A DNA stretch of 55,392 nt. Source: Salisapilia sapeloensis CBS 127946. Taxonomy: Eukaryota > Protista > Oomycota. The notes below the pieces were generated by a model. It saw only the letters and a program-made list of their open reading frames with translations, had not been told where the DNA came from and ran no database searches. The stretch spans positions 1-55,392 of the forward strand of contig JAADVB010000115.1 of assembly GCA_023334545.1 (NCBI GenBank), in the 5' to 3' direction. Positions 21,132 to 32,229 of this stretch are shown here, one piece after another. Each line of letters opens with the position of its first letter. Positions within the stretch are counted from its first letter, which is position 1. Both the position numbers and the translations under genes were made by a program.

Positions 21132-22822
21132 CTAGTATTTAAACTTGGGCTCTGGCTGTGGGATCGGCGCGTGCGATACAGTTGCCTCATGGGACATTTC
21201 ATAAAGTACCATCCACCTCGGTTTCTTCCCTTTCTTGGCCTTGTATGCGCTTTTCTTCCTCTTCTTCTCTTCCAATTGAAACTTGAGCCAGTCCAAGTAG
21301 TCTTGCTTGACCTATAGCATTCATCCAGTATCAGCAGACGCCAAAGAGTTTATTACATGTAAAATAAGCGGACATCTTGACGCCATTGCTGGTACTCGTC
21401 TTCGTTAAAGTCAATTTGCCATCGACGAGGATCACCATCGGATTGCGTTGGGTTTGTCACATCCATTATCGTGGGAAGAGCACTACTTTTCTTTGAAATG
21501 CTCTTTGTTGACTCTAGTCGAGGCAAACTTTCGATAGAATTGTTGCGTTGGCTGAGGCTGAGGGCAGAGCCAGACAAATTTCGTATAGCGCGAATAATTC
21601 GAAAGCTGTTGTGACTGCTCTTGGAAAAGAAATTCTACTTCTGTACTTAGCCTCTGTAGGTTAATCGAAGATAGATGTAGGAGTGCTTACGTGACTAGAA
21701 ACTCGATCAAAGTTGTTTGCTTCTCGAAACATCCGTCGTTGTTGCTACACATCGCCATTTAGATGCGGAGACTATTCATGATCTAAAAGAAGATCGGGTT
21801 CTCTCAAACTTACCAACTTCATATCTTCATCCTCATCGTCGGATATTTCCACAGACATTGCTCTCTATCCACACATAGAAACATAACTATTAGCAGTGGT
21901 TGACATGACAAGGCACTTATTTACCGTTCTTCTGCGCTCATATAGGTGTACGGTTTTCTTGCTCTTTCTTCTCGCATCCGATGTATCCTCTAATTCATCT
22001 CGAGGAGTTTCGACATGGTAATCTATGACATCGTCGTATTCCGCCTTCTTCTTCGATGGCTCCTCCAACAGAGCTTCCGTAATCTAATGCAGCAACATGG
22101 CGTCAAGTATCTATAGCAACTCGTTACTTGTAAAGACCAACTTTTTCAATGTCGTGATAACTGATGACACGAGGCAAACTGAGAAAGAAGCTGAGTGTTT
22201 GAGCGAGGCGTAACGCACTCTTTTTCGCGGACTGCTTTCGCGACCGCCGTTTCTTGTCTTTTCGATTCTTGGAGGCAGAAGCCTCTCCACTTTGCTTCCG
22301 TTCGGATTGCTTGACCGACTTCTTAAATTGATCGTATTCCATCTCTAGCTGAACACTACCGGGAAGCACATCCACGCACTTATCTCCATCTTTTTCATTG
22401 CGCTCGTCTATAATGCTGTCTTCTGAACTGCTACTGTCATCGCTGCTACCATCCTCCGATTCGCTTGATATGAGCTCTTCCTCTGTCAGAATGCGAGCTG
22501 AATTGTCTGCAATCTTCTGCATTGCCAGAGACCGAGTTCTTTGGAGCAGAGTTTCAATCTGACTATCTAGCGTTAGCTCTAGAGTTTTGTTTCCTCCTTC
22601 GTCACTAGAGCCTTCGCTACTACTGTCCTCATCAGAGTTGTACCCTATAGCCGGTAGTTTCCGAGGTGTCCTAGACTTTGGACGGTAGCCTGCATATTAT
22701 CCATGCATAAATCTACGGCTCTACAGGTACTAGATGCAAAATACAATACGATATTTCAGCGCATTCACTTGATCTAAAGCTTTTTCCACTCGCTCGTGCT
22801 TATCATCGCCAAATCCGTCCAT
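21132..22822 (-). CDS. Hypothetical low-complexity acidic/basic protein, multi-exon
   Basis: MDGFGDDKHERVEKALDQVNALKYR/YRPKSRTPRKLP...SESEDGSSDDS...KKRRSRKQSAKK... ending VKQDYLDWLKFQLEEKKRKK...PEPKFKY*. Internal exon boundaries only partly resolved. Confidence 0.6.
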
Positions 22823-22903
22823 GATCAAGGCTCCTACGACGTTTCAACTGCCGCTGGTATCTTATCGCGCCCTTTAAACTTCAAGATACGCCTCCCCATA
22901 GCC

Positions 22904-23921
22904 ATGCTGTCTGCTCCGTCGATCCACGCCTTGTGCCTCGGAGCTGTGGCTCTGTGGCTTACCATGTGCTCTCTCGGCCCTTTGGACCAAAAGTGGACGT
23001 GGAAAGATGCCGCCTTCATCGTCGGAGTCATGTTTACTGCGTTTTACGGTGGCAAAACGGTGAGCAACAGCAAGCATCTAGCACAAGAGTCGCACCGAGA
23101 CATGCGCCGAAATGGTATCTTTGTGCTAGTTCACTGTTAGCTCTAGTCTTGTATTTACTAGTGACTGCAGTACCGCCAATTGAAAATCTTGATCTTTTCC
23201 ATGGAGATGATATGGACATCTCCCGAAACAAAGTCACCTGCCTCTTCTTCTTCGTACGACGTATCTTGACCAAGCTGATCTTCATGTACTTATAAAGATT
23301 TGTTATGTGTAGGGAACGTGGTGTCCACATTCTCGTAAAGCCTTGAAGATGCTACATGATTTTAAGGAAGCTAATGTGAATGGAGGTAGTCTTGATCCAT
23401 CCTGGCCATGTATCATACGCTTTGCATATAACATAGTGTCGCTGTGGTCTAGAGCTGCAAGTGCTCGCATTGACACAAGAAACTCGTGAAGAGTTGAAAG
23501 TCTATGCCGAGAAAGGATCGGATGCCAGTGACTATATCCCTCTGGACAGTCTCAACTTTACCATCGGGATAGAAGACGGGAGCGCTGCTAAAGAGTATCT
23601 TTCATGCCACTACCCACATAGCTTCTATGCTTACCAAATTTCCTCTTTAGCTACCTCGTCCGATTCAAACTTCTCTACAACTTTCCTATCCTCTTTGTCA
23701 TCGACAAAAGCCAAACGATTGCTTGGTATGGTGATCCTCTAGCAAGTGAAACCCAGGTACTGCATTACCTCCTAGTCGCACGAGTACTAAGGCCACTGAC
23801 ACTTTGGACGAACCTACAGGCTGCCATCCAAACGGCTTTACTAGAAGAGGATTACATCCCACTCGCTTCTGACAAGCACGACGCTTCAAAATTGGACTAT
23901 GTCAAATGTCCTGGTGGATAA
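22904..23921 (+). CDS. Membrane-anchored TlpA/ResA-like thioredoxin-fold protein with CxxS site (6 exons)
   Basis: Two N-terminal hydrophobic segments, then VTCLFFF/GTWCPHSRKAL...ELQVLALTQE...FPILFVIDKSQTIAWYGDP. All introns are GT-AG and in phase. Confidence 0.75.
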
Positions 23922-23998
23922 ATGCAAGGAGCGAAAGCAGAAATGATAAAGACAACACTCAATCGAATGAAACAGCAATTGCATTTAGGATCGTTGAT

Positions 23999-24967
23999 TT
24001 AGTTAGACGATTCATTTTCTATACCTTCCTCCACCAAGCGCTTCACTTCCTCGTCGCTCACTGGATCTGCACAAGCTCCCATCTTCGAAACACACTGTGC
24101 AGCAGTGGCACAGCCCCACTTCAAAGCAGTTGCCACATCCCCGTTGCTGCTCTTCCAAGACAGGAGGAATCCCGAATTGAAGGAATCACCTGCACCCGTT
24201 ACATCCACGACTTGGCTCTTGTAGCTCTGCTGTGTCCACTCTTGCTTAGTCTTTGTACACAAAGCCCTCGCACCTCCTTTGCCGATTTTGATGACGACAA
24301 GACCGGAGACACGAGCAGCAAAGTACTGCATTGCTTCGTCCACACTAGACGCACCAGCGATATGCATAGCCTCTACTTCATTCGGCATAATCAGATCGAC
24401 GAGTGGAAGTAGTTCTGAGAGACCTTGCCATTGTTCTGTCGAGTCATAGTTTGTATCCAACGAGATTGTAGCTCCATTGGATTTCGCTTGCTGCAGGATC
24501 GGCTGCAGATAGCCCTGCAGTTTCGGGCAGCTGTAGAAACCTCCGATGTGTATATGTTCTGCCTGTAAAAGTCTCTCTTGGTCGATATGATCAGTGGCGT
24601 ATTCACGAGCTGCACCGTAGTACGTTACAAAGCTACGGTCGTGCACTCCACTCAGGACGATGCAAACTCCTGTTGGATGTTCAGTCGTGGGAGAAGAGAG
24701 TTCAATGTGGTTGTCCTTGAGATGTTTCTTTAAGACATCGCCGAATGCATCCGAGCCGACCAACGAATGCAACTCTACTTGAAATGAATGAGTGTTACGC
24801 CCGAGCGTTGCGAGGTGGGTGCTTGTATTCAAAGCGGAGCCTCCAGGCTGTAATTGGATCGGTCGATTGCACTCCACATCCCCACCCCATTTGGGAAGCT
24901 GCTCATGGCCTAAAGTACCAGCAACAACATCTACAAAAGCGTCTCCAACGACGGCGAAGCGCACCAT
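23999..24967 (-). CDS. PfkB/ribokinase-family carbohydrate kinase, single exon
   Basis: VVGDAFVDVV, PGGSALNTS, VGSDAFG, IMPNEVEA, IKIGKGGA, VDVTGAGDSFNSGF. Likely start MVRFAVVG (24967); upstream ATGs extend to 25021. Confidence 0.93.
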   Translation of the reverse strand: MVRFAVVGDAFVDVVAGTLGHEQLPKWGGDVECNRPIQLQPGGSALNTSTHLATLGRNTHSFQVELHSLVGSDAFGDVLKKHLKDNHIELSSPTTEHPTGVCIVLSGVHDRSFVTYYGAAREYATDHIDQERLLQAEHIHIGGFYSCPKLQGYLQPILQQAKSNGATISLDTNYDSTEQWQGLSELLPLVDLIMPNEVEAMHIAGASSVDEAMQYFAARVSGLVVIKIGKGGARALCTKTKQEWTQQSYKSQVVDVTGAGDSFNSGFLLSWKSSNGDVATALKWGCATAAQCVSKMGACADPVSDEEVKRLVEEGIENESSN

Positions 24968-25068
24968 CCTGCCACAAGGCACACAAATCGGTTTCATGCT
25001 CATCATAATGTTTTGCACCATGTAACGGTTATGGCGATATAACTGAAGTAGGTGTCAGATCTGGATCA

Positions 25069-27643
25069 CTAGTTCAACATGTTGTTTACGTCTGATGGTG
25101 AAGGCAAAGATAGATGAACAATAGCTAGGTTTCCATCGGAGAGTCCACAAAGAATCACGTCTTCTTCTGTCCAATATTCTAGACATACTATCTGCGAATG
25201 AAGACTATGCTTCAAAACGTCAGGATGCATAAAATGATGCCGGATAGAAGTGGTTGTACCTCGTGCGATATATAGCTTTGCCTTGTGATTCGTGTCCATC
25301 TATAATCTCATTTTCGGTGTAATCCCATACAGCGATATTCCCAGTAGTTGTTCCGCTGATGATATGACCACTGGATGGCGTAAGTTTTAAATCAACGATT
25401 GCATCCACTGAATCATCACTGTGGCCTCTATCATTGCTGCTCTTCTTAAAAGCATGGTTGGATCCGAGTTTCGTCAGTTTATACATATCCGATCGGTCAC
25501 AGCCATTCCAAATGAAAATATTTCCATCTTCGCTAGCTGAAAAAAGAAAGCATCCATCCAAGCAGAGAGCATTGACAGAGTCGGAGTGTCCTTCGAGCAC
25601 CTTAAGCATCACTCGTCGTTCAAAATCCCAAATCTAGTCGTATCATCACTCTCATTTAATATTAGTGTCGAGCTAAATATTTCGTATTTACCACGATATG
25701 GCCTGAGCTATACCCACTGAAGATAGTTGCTTCAGTCGAAGACTGACTGAAGAAGGCATTTGAAAACGCAATTGCAGACACGTCTCCACAAATGTCAGCT
25801 ATACTCTCTGGTGCAGAAATGGTTGCTTTGATCACTAACCCAGTGGAGGTGATCTCCATGATGGTTATTTTATCTTCTTCGTCCCCACACAATACAAATT
25901 CTTCTTTTTCAATTGTCCCATCTAGTCATGGGTGGCATTTATTTAGTTCGAGTCTTCACTTACAAGAGATACGAACAAACGAAAGACTTACATGCCATGC
26001 ATGTGATCGCAGTGGTAATCCAGAGTTTTTGCGATCGATGGTATAGGCCTGAGGCAGCATTCCATACCTTGACTTGACCATCTTCGTGTCCTGTCACGAG
26101 GTTATTGCAAGCACTAGCTAGGATCATGCACGTTATGCTGGACTCTTTTTCCTCGAAACAATGCGTCGCCTGCATGCTTGGAGACTCCCAGCATTTCAAT
26201 CTCCGATCACGCGATGCAGTATAGAAATACCGTCTAGGATCTTCCAGATCAGCCCCACCGTCTTCGTTCTGCTGCCGATGTGGAGATAAACAAGGCGATT
26301 CGTGTGGCATAGGAACGACACCAACAATGGCATCATGATGACCTTCCAACGTAACTCTTCCTTCTTCTCGATCGATATCATTGCTCATAAAAGTACTCGG
26401 ATTTCCATATAAAACAGCATCATACTCTCCGAAACAAAAGCAGTCAATTATTGCTTCCTTGTCATAGACATCAGCAGTCACCAGCTTGCGGATCACTCGA
26501 TCGTTGGTATCGTCTGCTAAGAAAATGTTCCCATCAATATCGCCGAGCAATAGCTTGTGCGCAACGTCATCCCAAGCGCAACTCGTAAACCGCTTTTCGT
26601 TCGGATTGTTAATGCAAGCAAGGGGTTGCCCTGTTGCTTTCTCCATCACTATGGCCTTGCCATCAAAAGCAAGCGATATCACATACCCTTTGCTTGGTAC
26701 AAAAGCCAGTCGATGGATACCATACGAGTGGAGTTTTACAGCAGGTCCATTCTGTTCAAACTGAGGCATGTGCGTCTTTTGCATCGTATACGAATCGACC
26801 GTGCTATCACTAGATGTCTGGTCCAAGGATATGCTATAGATCGATACTCTTCCACCGGAATCTCCAACGTATAAATTCTTGCAAAGCCCATTCGAGAGGC
26901 ACAAGCTACTTGGCCAAGCACTTGAGCCAAAACGAATAGTTTGCAGTGCTGCAAAGCGTGGATAGACCAATGCACTACGACGGCTTTGAGTAGTGCTCCA
27001 AATCCGCACGGTGCCGTCCGTGCTGCAACTGGCAATTCCGTGCACAGTGTCCTGTACATAGCACTTGACAGACAGGATCGAACCTTCATGACCAATGAGT
27101 CGTTGAACAAGCCGTTTATCTTTGGCTGTGGCATCGAGTGCGATGCTGTTGCTGGTGTTGCCTTGCCACGGGTCCCACACGACAATCGATCGATCAGCAG
27201 AACCAGACACTAGTAACTCGGTCACAGGGCTGTAGTCCATTACCAGCACGGGACCGACGTGACTTCGTAGTACGATAGCCTATGTCTAGTAGATTACAAA
27301 AGGAAGTAGAAGAGTTGTTATATGCCCATACTGGCGGCTGGCGTCGACGCGAAGACAGTGTGTGGTCTCTTCGACAAAGTATCCTCCCATCGCTCTACTC
27401 TTTCCCAATTATCTCACTTATAAACCTTTGCTCGGTATCGAACGAAAGACGCACCAATCCAGCGAATACAGCTCGCTTGTGCACGACATGGAAGCTTGTG
27501 AACTGGTTGTCCTACAGTCACTCGAGTTAACGTGTCGATAGATATGGTAGGACGCCATCGACAGACACCAGTACCTCTCCACCGTCCCGCTTATTCGCAC
27601 TATCGTCAGAAGAAAACACTTCACATGGATCTACAAGCCGCAT
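25069..27643 (-). CDS. Large WD40-repeat protein, multi-exon
   Basis: Repeated GH...WD-type units (SHVGPVLVMDYS...SGSADRSIVVWD, LIGHEGSIL...DGTVRIWS, LEGHHDAIV...RLKCWE, GHEDGQVKVWN, LEGHSDSVNAL...NIFIWN). 5' exons inferred. Confidence 0.85.
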
Positions 27644-27885
27644 CTGCACAGTAATCCACTAGTCTAGGTCTGAAACCACCACGTCAATCAAAAAAGGAAC
27701 AGTGTTTGGTTGTATTCTCAGTAGCAGAAACCGATCGCTCCTGTTATATTCACTGAAAGTGGCTCGCCACGTCTTGGTCGCAAGGCGTAGCGAGTGTCGT
27801 CTATAGGTTGGCACTTTACCATCCAAAAGCCAATGTCCCTGGACGGCACAGAACAAACATCGAGTCAACGTCGAGTCGCTCATCT

Positions 27886-29652
27886 TTATTCCTCCGTGAG
27901 CTTGGCGGCCTGGGCACTCACGTCGCCACCCATGGCACCCAGCCACATGCCCTTCTGCTGATGGGCATCGAGATGGTGCTCCAACACGGTCTCCATCATC
28001 TCCTTGGTAAAGTTCGTGCTGGACGAACCGTACGCCGCGGCCTGGAACGCAATCACGAGCTTAGAGATCTCACGACCAGAGAAGCCTTCAATGCGCTTGG
28101 CGGCATCTTCCAGCACCTTGTCGTCAATGTCATCCTCCACGTGGATCTTGGCGGCACGACGAGGCGGGTTCACCAAGTACTTGTTAAAGTACTGACGCAG
28201 CATACGCAGACGCTCGCCCTCGCCCGGGAGCTCGAACGGCACCATCTCATCGATACGATCGTTGATGGCCCAGTCGAACTGCTCCGGCTGGTTACTCGCG
28301 AAGACGATCATAAACTTGTCACTCGCTTCACCCGTTCGGTACAGGAAGGCGTTCAACGAGTTACGCAAGTCTTCACTCATGCTCGTACCGCTACGCTTCT
28401 GGAGGAAGGCGTCGGCTTCATCGACAAAGAGCAGCAGACCGCGACGAGAGTGCTGCGCCCAGTCGAAGAGCTTGTGGATCTCCGTCACACCTTCACGTCC
28501 AAGAGGAGCGACGTCACCACCGGTCAGGATAGCGTACTCGAGACCAGAGTGCTTGGCCAAGGCCTTGGCGAAAAGCGTCTTACCCGTACCAGGAGGACCG
28601 TGGAGGAGCAAGTGACGGAAGGGCGCGCGGTTCTTCTTGGTGTTGGCGGTAGCGACCGCGACGCTGCGCAAGCGTTCATCCAACTTGGGCTCCAAGACGA
28701 CTCCCTGCAGAGCGTCTGTGGCAGACTTGCCAAAGTTCAAAGCTCTCTTGGCCGTGGATAGAGGGTGTCCGACGGCCTGGCCGATGGACTGACGAGAGGT
28801 CTCTCGCACGAGCGATGGCTTGCCCATTCTCGCTTCCACATACTTGCCAGCCACGTTCGTCGACACCTTGGCGGTGTAAATACCGACAGCAAGAGCCGTT
28901 AGCGACGCCACGGTAGCCGTCAGCTTCTCACGGTCCTCGACAAAGGCCGACAAGCCACCGCCGATTGTGTTACCAGCCAACTGGATACCCTCCATGACGG
29001 TCTCACGGTACTCCTTGGCCTTGACACGAGCCTCTTCCAAGTGCAGATCGTGGTTCAGACGCTCCTGCTTGATCTTTCCCTCGACCTCGGCGTTCACCTT
29101 GGCCATTTCCGTCTTCTGACGGAGCTCAGCTTCGTACTCGAGCGCCTTGCGCTTGGAGGCTTCTTGTCGAGCAAGCATTTCCTCCTGCTTCTTCATCTCC
29201 TGCTCCTTCATGTGCTTTTGAGCAGCGAGCTGGTCGGCGTACTGCTTGCGCTTGAGCTGATCCTGGTACTGCGCGCGTTGCTGGTTTTGCTTGGTTTCTT
29301 CCTCTAGCGTCTTGCGGCGCTCTTCGCCTTCCTTTTGCACTCGCATGACCTCGTACTGCTTGTACGCCGCTTCCTGCTCTTTAATCTTGGCCTGGTGCTC
29401 CATCTGCTTAGTGCGTTCGCCATCCTTGGCGAGGTTGAAGGCTTCCTTGGCATACCGTGCCTTTTCCAAGTCACGGGCGGCCTTGGCAGCACGCTCCAAC
29501 CCGGTCGGGTCGAAGTTGTATCCATTGTTCGAGTTGCTATTGCTGCCACCGAAGACACCTCCAGACTGTGAGGACGAGTCTGCCGGAGGAGCTTCCTGGC
29601 TGTCATTGCCACCAGCGGCAGGAGAACTAGACTTTCCCCAGCCAGAGAACAT
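27886..29652 (-). CDS. ATAD3: ATPase family AAA domain-containing protein 3 (mitochondrial), single exon
   Basis: FDPTGLERAAKAA, long coiled coil, TM AVGIYTAK, GKPSLVRETS, Walker A GPPGTGKT, Walker B LFVDEADAF, NAFLYRTG, DRIDE. Confidence 0.97.
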   Translation of the reverse strand: MFSGWGKSSSPAAGGNDSQEAPPADSSSQSGGVFGGSNSNSNNGYNFDPTGLERAAKAARDLEKARYAKEAFNLAKDGERTKQMEHQAKIKEQEAAYKQYEVMRVQKEGEERRKTLEEETKQNQQRAQYQDQLKRKQYADQLAAQKHMKEQEMKKQEEMLARQEASKRKALEYEAELRQKTEMAKVNAEVEGKIKQERLNHDLHLEEARVKAKEYRETVMEGIQLAGNTIGGGLSAFVEDREKLTATVASLTALAVGIYTAKVSTNVAGKYVEARMGKPSLVRETSRQSIGQAVGHPLSTAKRALNFGKSATDALQGVVLEPKLDERLRSVAVATANTKKNRAPFRHLLLHGPPGTGKTLFAKALAKHSGLEYAILTGGDVAPLGREGVTEIHKLFDWAQHSRRGLLLFVDEADAFLQKRSGTSMSEDLRNSLNAFLYRTGEASDKFMIVFASNQPEQFDWAINDRIDEMVPFELPGEGERLRMLRQYFNKYLVNPPRRAAKIHVEDDIDDKVLEDAAKRIEGFSGREISKLVIAFQAAAYGSSSTNFTKEMMETVLEHHLDAHQQKGMWLGAMGGDVSAQAAKLTEE

Positions 29653-29870
29653 GATGTACTAGGTTTGTATGAAGAAAGAGAAGAAGGAAGCAGGAGCAGG
29701 ACACTTGTGCCTGTGGAAGTGCTCCAATTGGATTGTGCAAATGCTTGTGGAAGACGTAGCGGATGTATGGAAATTTTCAGCTCATCTGGTTGGCTGGCAG
29801 TCTTTCACCCGAAAGGAAGTGATGTGGTCCACATAATTGATCGACCATCATTATCGGACATGCGTGATAG

Positions 29871-30503
29871 ATGGACAAACTGAAGGCTTTACTACGCTCG
29901 TCCAAGCGGCTTCCATTGCCCAAAGCTCCTGTATGTGTGTAGATGAATTGCAATATACTTGTAGTAGAAAGTTGTGTTCTGACTGGTGTAATGACGTTTG
30001 GATCGATTGTTAACTGACAGGATTCCAAGGAGCTTGCTCGGGCAGCTACTACGCGGCTTTCGAAATTGAAAGACTCAGCATCCGAGACTGCACGAAGCAA
30101 CCTGAAGAAGAACCAGGAGTATGTCAAATCGGCAACACAGAAGAACATGACATTCATCCAGTCGCAAATGAAAAAGCAAGTGGATCATACGTCCAAATCG
30201 ATTCAGAAGAAACAACAGTTGCTACGAGCACAGTCTGCAGATTACATCGACAGTGCTAAAGACAAGTTCCAAACCTCTGCCAAATCAAGTGCACAGTACG
30301 TACGGCAGACGTCGTCCAACGTCAGAGATCGAGTCGATCCACGCGCTGGCATCAAGCGGATGATCAACCGTTTCATCGGTGTCGGTCTCGCAGCTGTCTT
30401 CCTCTATGGAGTCGGAAGCGCCACACCAGGAGCTGTGAGCAAGTACTATCTCGAACAGGCAAAGCGGCAGGCAGAGGACCAAGTTGAACGTAAATGGGAA
30501 TAA
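29871..30503 (+). CDS. Hypothetical protein with basic N-terminus, amphipathic helical region and one C-terminal TM (2 exons)
   Basis: MDKLKALLRSSKRLPLPKAP/DSKELARAATT... joins the 30066-30503 ORF in phase 0; TM FIGVGLAAVFLYGVGSATP. Confidence 0.7.
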
Positions 30504-30523
30504 AGCCAAATATAATGAAAGAA

Positions 30524-32133
30524 CTAATCCAGGCCGTTTACATTGGTAACTGCCTGTTCCTCCTCACTTGCACTCGAAGAAGGCTCTGTAGTAGGTAGCC
30601 GGCGTAAATCCCGGATAATCTCATCGCGTGTCAATGGTCGTACCGTTTCCTCATCTTCATCGCTTGCTTCGTCATCATCCGTATCATCCTCCTAGCATGC
30701 GATAGACGTCAGTACACTACATTTAGATTATGACAAAGGAGTATAAGAACTACCGTAGAAGGAAGATACTCAGGTTGGTGGCGGAGTAGACCAAAGGATG
30801 CACGTCGTTGCATCTGCTCCCAAGTTTCTCGCTCGGGCGCAGGAGTTCCTTGCAACGAGCTTCGGAAGGAGGCCATTGCATCCCACTCTTGACTATCCTC
30901 GTTGGTGTCTCTATTTTCGGCCACATCCTCTTCCTCTATACGTGTGATTTCACTCTCATCCATTTCCTGCTTTGAAATTACCACTGGCGCTGGCGGAGGA
31001 TGCACTTGTCGTTCATGATCCTCGCTTGTAACCGCATCTGTGTCTACTCTCGGTGTTTGCTCTGTCTCTTTAACAGATTGCGCACTCGATTTGATATCAT
31101 AAACTTCTTTTTCTGCCTGCTTTGTGTCTTCGTAAGCCTCTTGGATGCGTGTATCCCACACCTTCCTCTCAACTTCACCCAATGCCAAGTACTCTTCTTT
31201 CGAAATCCCTCGGAACCCTTTCAGATCCACGTCCTCCGCTTCCTGATTATCTACCTTCTTATCTGCCTTTTCTTTCTTTTCGGCTTCAATCTCCTTTAAT
31301 CGCTTCTCACGCACACTCGCTTGCCAGTCACGAAACTCTTGCAAGCTCCGTCGCCTATCATCATTCTCACGCTGGACAAAGTCTTGTTTTGCCTTTAGCT
31401 CAGCTTCATTCCCGCCTTGAAGCCAGGCGGTCACAGCGCACCTTTCCAGTGGAAACACTGGTCGATCCATGAATGCAAGCTCTGGTAACTGAGATAGATA
31501 TGTCTTTCGAAAGTACCGTGTGGAACTGACAACTGGGTTACCAGTAATACGCAGCGCTCGTAAGGCTGGCATGCTCTTGAGAACGTCAAGTACTTGGTTC
31601 GAATCCTTTTCTTCCTCAATGTGATTATGACTCAAGTCAACGTTGGAGATGAGTGAGCAAGATGCGAGCTCTTGGATACTGGAGCTCGACTCGAGGAGAT
31701 TGTGCGAGACATTGAGCGTCGTTATATGAGGAAGACTACGGATTCCATCCAACGTTTCTAAACGATTCTCGCTCAAGTCGAGAGTGTTCAAGTGCTGCAG
31801 TTGATCAACGTTTTCGATTTTCGTGATGAGGTTCTTGCTCAAGTACAAACAGCGAAGGTGTGGTAAGCAGTCTAGATTCTCAATCTTGGACAGTCCATTG
31901 GACTCGAGCCAAAGTGCCTTTAAGCCAGAGTAGGCGTCGAGGCCTTGGATCTTCTGGAAACCTCGAAAGTGGGCGTACATACTATCATTCAGCTCCGGCG
32001 TTTCGTACCCGTCGTTCTCGAGACATATCTGCCGGAGTGTCTCGGTGTCCATGACGGGCACAGCACCTTTCCTCGCGTGATAAAACTTTTCCTTTTCCCT
32101 CTCTCTCAACCATTCCATCGCTTCCACCTCCAT
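30524..32133 (-). CDS. DNAAF1: Dynein axonemal assembly factor 1 (LRRC50/ODA7)-like LRR protein (2 exons)
   Basis: MDTETLRQICLENDGYETPELNDSMYAHFRGFQKIQGL...LKALWLESNGL...YRKTY-like YFRKTYL...RPVFPLERCAVTAWLQGGNEAE; acidic tail exon 30524-30690. Confidence 0.88.
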
Positions 32134-32229
32134 CGTCGTTCGTGTCAAGTCGCTACGAAAGAAAACAACGTACAAATGCACCTGTTCAAATGTCGTTTCA
32201 ATTTGTTTCATTCCATGATCTTTCAACCC

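Noticed and set aside
27808-28761. 317-aa + strand ORF
   Set aside because: Antisense shadow of ATAD3; the strong C/G third-codon bias of the real gene keeps the opposite frame open. No recognisable domain.
29777-30157. 126-aa minus-strand ORF with TTG start
   Set aside because: Overlaps the intron and exons of the + strand 29871 gene; non-ATG start and no motif.
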